Of a stretch of DNA of 64,000 nt, positions 58,201-64,000 are shown piece by piece. Position 1 is the stretch's first letter; each line of letters starts with the position of its first letter. The stretch spans positions 385,330,001 through 385,394,000 of the forward strand of contig OZ024740.1 of the NCBI GenBank assembly GCA_964016885.1, read 5' to 3'. Source of the stretch: Eledone cirrhosa (Eukaryota). Position numbers and translations under genes: made by a program. The notes beneath the pieces were generated by a model. That model was not told where the DNA came from. It ran no database searches and was given only the letters and a program-made list of their open reading frames with translations.

Positions 58201-58510
58201 TCTGGTGACAGATATGTGGTGCTTGTTACAATCTTGAGTTGCTTTATGTGTATTATTAGTATATCACAGACTTAGTTGGAATGTAACAGCAGTACTAGGA
58301 GCATAGTATCTTCACAAATGTACATCATAATACATGGGGGAGTTGTGATCATCCACATTTGATATGTTAGCTGTTAAATATACATTTCATTAAGTGCCAC
58401 ATATATTTCTTGATTGCCTATGACTAGATCTCTCAAACTGGGGATTATATTCCTGTTGATAAGTTTTATCAGGCCTTTGGCATTTAGCAGTAGTACTGGT
58501 GTGCATGACT

Positions 58511-58553
<43 letters not shown>

Positions 58554-58753
58554 ATATCTTTGATCTCACCAGTGACTGAGAGAGCCTCTGTGTGTTTATT
58601 TGACCTGCTAGACATAGCAGCCAACTTTCTTCAAATCACACCCTAAAAATGATGAGATAGTTACAGTTAGAATTTCTAGTAGTTTTTTCCTTGCAAGCTC
58701 TCCCTTTTTCTTTTTATCCCCACCTTTTTTTATATCTATTTAGCTTTAATTTT

Positions 58754-60973
58754 GCATTCGGCATCAAACCTATTAAGTGCAAATTGGAGATCATCATCTG
58801 TCAAGATAAGTAACACCATATTGTCTGCAAACTCGAGCCTTCTTATTTTACTCCTGCCAGTCGCAATACCCCTTCCAACCTGGCTGTGCATGTCAATCCT
58901 GTTCATGAAAATAATGAACAGGATAGGTAATCCTATGCACCCTTGCAAAGTCTAACTCCCATATTGAATGGTTTTGGTTTAGCACTATTTATCCAAATAT
59001 AAATAGTCATGCATTTGCATAGAGGCATCAGGGCAACAAGAAGCTGACCATTGACCCCATACTCATGCAGAATCTTCCACAGCTGTTCATGAGGAATGCA
59101 GTCTGTGTTTTTGAAGTCTACAAAACAAGAATATACCTCTTGACAATACTTCCACGATTTCTTGAAGACCTGCCACAGTGTGACTATTTGGTTGGCTGTG
59201 CTGAGTTTGAGGCAAAAACCACACTGTTCATCAAATAGCTTGGATGCAACAATCTTCTTGCATCTCTTTGCCAGATACTTAGCATAGGCTTTACCAAGGA
59301 GGCTTAATCAGGAGATCCCCCTGTAATTGGAACAATCTCTCCTGTCTTCCTTTTTGAAAATTGGGATTATCACTCTCGATTGCCATTGCTTAGGTGCTTT
59401 GCAGAGATTCAGGCCACCTGGCACACACCAGTCAACGAGAGAATACCTTCTCTATCTCTGGGCCAAATTTTATCCTCCCCAACGACCTTGCCACATTTGA
59501 GTTTTTTAATTACTCTTGTGACCTCAGCCTCTGAGAGTTTAGTCATCATCCCCAGGTGCACTTTGTGTACATCAGAAGATGCTGTTGTGATTGGGTTTAG
59601 GAGATCAACAAAGCATTCTCTCCACCTTGCGAGGATGCATCTTTCTGAAGAGAGGAAATCCCCAAATGTATTCCTGATAGCAGGTGTGGAGGAGGACTTC
59701 TTATTACGAAGTCTGCAGAATACTTTATTTGCTGATCTGAAGTTGGATTCCAGCTTAACCCCAAAGTCCTACCAGGTCTTAACTTTGGATGTCTTTACTG
59801 TCTTTAGTGCAATTCTTCATGTCTGCTTGTACTACAAGTGCAAGAAGGAGCACTTATTTCCAAGCCAAGCTTTTTAGGTCTCCTTCTTTGCTTGGATGGC
59901 ATCTTTAACCTCTTGATTGTACCAAGGGTTTTTCCTACCATCTAGCACCCTACAAACTACTTTTGCCCACAGCATTTAACAGCTGACCAGAAACTGTGAA
60001 GCAGAACAATTTCCACTCTCTCAACATCCTCAGTTTGCTCAGGGAGTTCTCTAAATTTGGATGCAATAGTATTTGCATACCTGGTTCTGACTTCCTTATC
60101 CACCAACACTTCCCACTTTATCCTGTAGATCACCCTGGACTTATTTGGCTTTAGGTAATCTCAAGTTGCAGAAAACTAGATGGTGATCAGTTGCCAGTTC
60201 ACCCTTTCTCTTAACATGAACATCCAGCTCAGAATCAAAGAGATCAGAGACAATAACAAAATCAGTTATTGATCTCTGAAATGAAAATCAGTGCTACAAA
60301 AACTGAGACACTTGTCCTCTCAAGGAAGCCTGCGCAGTGCACTATACATGTGAATAGTTCCACTGAAACAAGTGGCGAAGTTCAAGTATTTCTCTGAGCC
60401 ATGTCCATGAGTGATGGACGGCAGGAGGCTGAATTAAGGGCAAAAATTGCAGGAACAGGTGCAGTAATGTACGAGCTTCAACATTCAATCATCAGAAGAA
60501 GGGAGGTAGGTGTAAAAGTCAAACTCGCTATCTTCAATTTGGTATTTGTGCCAACCCTTACTTCTGATCATGCATCTTGGGTATTGACCAAAAGAATCTG
60601 ATCGCTAGTACAAGTGTCTGAAATTGGGTTCCCCCTAAGGATCTTTGGAGTAATGTTACTTGATAGAGTGCATATCTCAGAGGTCAGAGAGTCACTCCAG
60701 GTAGAACTGCTACTTCTCTGAATTGAGAGATCGGCATTTGGTTAGAATGTCTCAGGAAAGAATCGCTGGACAGATTTTACAGGCAAAACCAACCAGCAGG
60801 AGACCTAGAGGTAGACCCTGAGCAAGATAGTTGTATAACATCTATCAGCTTGGTTGGTCTTGCTTGGGGATCCAGCCTGATCAGTAGGAGATGGTTGCTT
60901 CTGACAGGGCCTGCTGGAAGGAGTGTTTGAGGACTTTGCCCCCACTCGCCTCTCAGGAATAAGTAGGCAAAGG
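58754..60973 (+). mobile_element. Decayed RTE (Expander/Rex3-like) LINE with inverted 5' segment (58754-~60278 minus; ~60278-60973 plus)
   Basis: Minus: RSITDFVIVS...ELATDHHLV (APE end), IIPIFKK, NYRGIS, EQCGF, FVDFK, EFADNMVL...ALNRFDAEC. Plus resumes MKISATKTETLVLSR...GRP. Candidate TSD AG(C/T)TTTAATTTT at 58742-58753 and 60974-60985. Confidence 0.85.
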
Positions 60974-62774
60974 AGTTTTAATTTTAAGACTTGTTCATAT
61001 TTTCACTCTTTTCAATTTCCTGTTCTCCCTTCGTGTAGTCCTTTGTCTTTTCGACTGTCTCACTCACCCTTTCTATTTTCCCACTTACCCTTTCACTTTC
61101 CCACTCACCCTTTCACTTTCCAGTTTCCACCTCTCATTTACATTTTCTCCACTCATTCTCTGTCTTTTCAATTTTTCCTTCTTTCATTTCTTATGACAAT
61201 TTTCTCCCTCTCTTCTCTCATTCTATTCCTATTTTCTCTCTCATCTTTCTCTTTTTTGCTGATGTTGTTGTGACCTCATCATTCTCTCTAACCCCCTCTC
61301 TCATCATTGTCATCACATGATTATGACCACCATCCACTCACTGCCTCATTATCACTACCTCCCACGTCTCTTCCACATGTCTCTGTGTAATATGGTGTAG
61401 TGTTTCTATTAATATAAGTGATAGTGTCAGAATCCAAAAAGAAAAAGTATTTTCTATCAATTGTCAAAATACTGTTTCTTATAAGTTTTGAAAGTCATTC
61501 AAAATTTATCTTTGCTATTTTGACATTTTATAAATGTTTCCAGTGTTAGATGTGAATTGTTTAACATTTTATGTATATCAGTTCCAATTTTCTACTCCAT
61601 TGCTTCTTTTATTTCTGTATGTGTAGAGAGTATGGCTGCATGTGCTTATGTGTCTTGATGTGTGTAGTTGGGTGTATAATACATATACAAATGTTCACAT
61701 ACTTATGCCTACAGAAACACAGTCTCACACAGGTTATGTTAGAACACTCTTAAAATGATGTTCCTTTGCTGTAGTTTATTGTTATTCTTTAGCTCCAACT
61801 CAACCCCGGTTGTGCTGAATTATGATCAAATGCACTCCTCCCATGATCATCCCACCATCTCATCTTTTTCCTATATCTGTAATTTGGCTGTTATTTAATG
61901 CTGGTCAAGCGACTACATAGAAACTCCATAGATAAAATGTATAAGCTAAAATGTTTTGAATGTTTTCTACAGAAAGAGATTTATCATGTCTCACATACAT
62001 TTCAAACTTTGATAATGTTTTAGTTACAACACTTGTTTACAATTAGATGTATAGTGCTTCTCTAAACCAGTACATAATTTAGTTAAGAGACAAACTCAAT
62101 ATTCCAAATCTTAAAGTGTTGCATTCTATTTATAAACCTAAGTTTTTATATGTACAAAGAGCAAAACCTGATACTGACTGGCAAAATTCAAACTCTTCAC
62201 AATAACTATGATTAGCTCCATGTTAAAATAGAGCTAGCTATTGCCTTGTTAGTGAATTTACTATAAAAATAATTATGTGGAAGCCTGTCATGCATGTATA
62301 TATATATATGTGTTTGTGTGTGTAGCAGCATATTGATTCTGAAGTCAGTTCCATTTATATCTCTTTGATTAAGTGACAAAATACTTTGCGCCTAGCTACA
62401 ATTGGCTATTCATTTCTCAATATATAAACCATTACATAATACTATAGCTGTGAACAGAATTGTTACAGAAACACTTGTTATGAATAAACTGATGTTATAC
62501 TGAAATTTTCATCCTTTTCTTTTATGTATATATCTTTTCATGTTTGTATGCCTTCATAAACAGTATTGACACTGTTCAAGGAAGCAGGGATATTTGTGTA
62601 TGTCCTGCACATTAGCAGTTTGACAAAGTCGAATTCAGTAGGTACCATACTGAACAATAAAGTATGAGTTGGCATCCGGTAGAGCATCCAACTGTAGAAT
62701 ATTGTTTCTAAAAAGTTTCATTTGACCAATGCCAGTTTTAAAAAAACTACTGCTAGTAATACTACTACTACTAC

Positions 62775-62935
62775 TTCTCCTCCTACTTTTTCTTCTTGAG
62801 AAGGTCGTGAGGACAGAGTCCTCAAACACTCCCTCCAGCAGGTCCTGTCAGAAGCAACTGTCTCCAACTGTCTCAGGCTGGATCCCCAAGTATGACCAGC
62901 CAAGCTCATGTATACTATCCAACCATCTTGCTCAG
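62775..62935 (-). mobile_element. 3' fragment of the same RTE family as 58754-60973
   Basis: Reverse complement matches 60818-60970 (CTTGGGGATCCAGCCTGA, GTTGCTTCTGACAGG, GGAGTGTTTGAGGACT). Confidence 0.85.
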
Positions 62936-63029
62936 TGTGTGCATATTAAGTTTATTTTCAAGTACTTAAAATTTTGAACTTGGCTTACAAACACACAGGG
63001 GTCTGCTGACTCCAGATTTGGAACTACTA

Positions 63030-63210
63030 CTCTGTGGTCCCTTGACCTGTTAGAAATAATAGCCCAGTATTTCTCAAATCATACAAAATGGAAGGGTGTA
63101 TTGGATAATCTAGTCCTAAGTGTACATAAATATGTAGTGGGTACACAGATTGAGAACATGATCATGGGTCTGTTTGAACAAGGCTATCTTGGGACTAAAC
63201 AGTAATAACA
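63030..63210 (+). mobile_element. Old dispersed SINE-like repeat (also about 33480-33680 +, 58580-58680 +, 61780-61930 -)
   Basis: Shared motif TGACCTG(C/T)TAGA(A/C)ATA(G/A)(C/T)AGCC...TCAAATCA. Confidence 0.5.
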
Positions 63211-64000
63211 TTACTGAATATTAACAAAAAAACATCCACTCTTGTAAAGCAAGTAATTTGAACTAGAAAAAATGTTCTGTATGTGATGGAAAATTTAGTG
63301 CTTCCATGACCATATATACAACATTTGAGATTGTTTTCCATTACTGGTATTATATGTTGCAAAGAAAAACAACATGCTGAAAGAAGTGAAAGCATTAGTT
63401 TGTCTATTAAATAAACAAATGTCCATATTATTTTCAGTTTTCATAAATACAAATCCTCACATGCTTGTGGCTATAACTTAGATCATAAAAATAATTGTTC
63501 CTTGCTCCAACATATTCTTATTTTTGTGTTTTGTCTGTCTGTTTATATATTTTTCTTGTATTATGGTTCATTTCACTAAACTATGCACAGATGCTTAGGT
63601 TATAGTTGTATGGATAGACAAGCGAAAATAAGCAATTACATACACTTGCAAACAATAGAAATGATATTCACATTTACTTTTTGTTTTCTTTCAAACTCAT
63701 TTAGATAACTAAATATGTTTTGTCCACATACCTTAATCAACACACTCATAATTTGTTTCATTCTCTTAATTTATTCACTGAAGCTCAAGCAACTAATTGA
63801 GTATTGTGGTAACAGTGACTAAAATATTAACAACATGGCCTTTTAATAATCTTTTTAATTTCATTTTCATATAGCATAATCATTCGATGGAGTTTTCTGC
63901 ATTAATGGTAAATTATTAATTGGGATTTTGTTAATTAATCACAACCATAGGTTGTTATTGGCAGAATTGATAGGGGTTTTACTTGTAGCTAAAGAAAGAA

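Overview
AT-rich, repeat-dominated animal DNA, most likely intergenic or intronic. The SINE/LINE repertoire and TA-microsatellite load resemble octopod cephalopods; this is inferred from recalled repeat sequences. No host protein-coding gene is supportable, and almost all long ORFs in the track are artefacts of (TA)n/(TATG)n arrays. The window has two large microsatellite 'nests' (about 4-30 kb and 38-46.4 kb) invaded by young non-LTR retroelements: three CR1/L2-group LINE families, an RTE LINE with an intact RT plus PHD-finger frame, an adjacent R4/Dong RT fragment, and seven copies of a 400-570 bp non-coding element with an RTE-type 5' UTR. Older SINEs, MITE-like elements and decayed RTEs fill 30-36 kb and 46.4-64 kb. 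Main points of interest: (i) four independent 5'-inverted insertions with twin-priming geometry in RTE-type elements; (ii) a complete minimal type-I hammerhead ribozyme inside a 311-bp fold-back, with an inactivated mirror copy; (iii) a 614-bp partial-tandem, ORF-less unit carrying hammerhead core motifs (retrozyme/Penelope-like); (iv) fold-back islands sharing a leader but not the palindrome sequence; (v) covarying RNA stems at both ends of the non-autonomous element, including a possible HDV-like ribozyme remnant.
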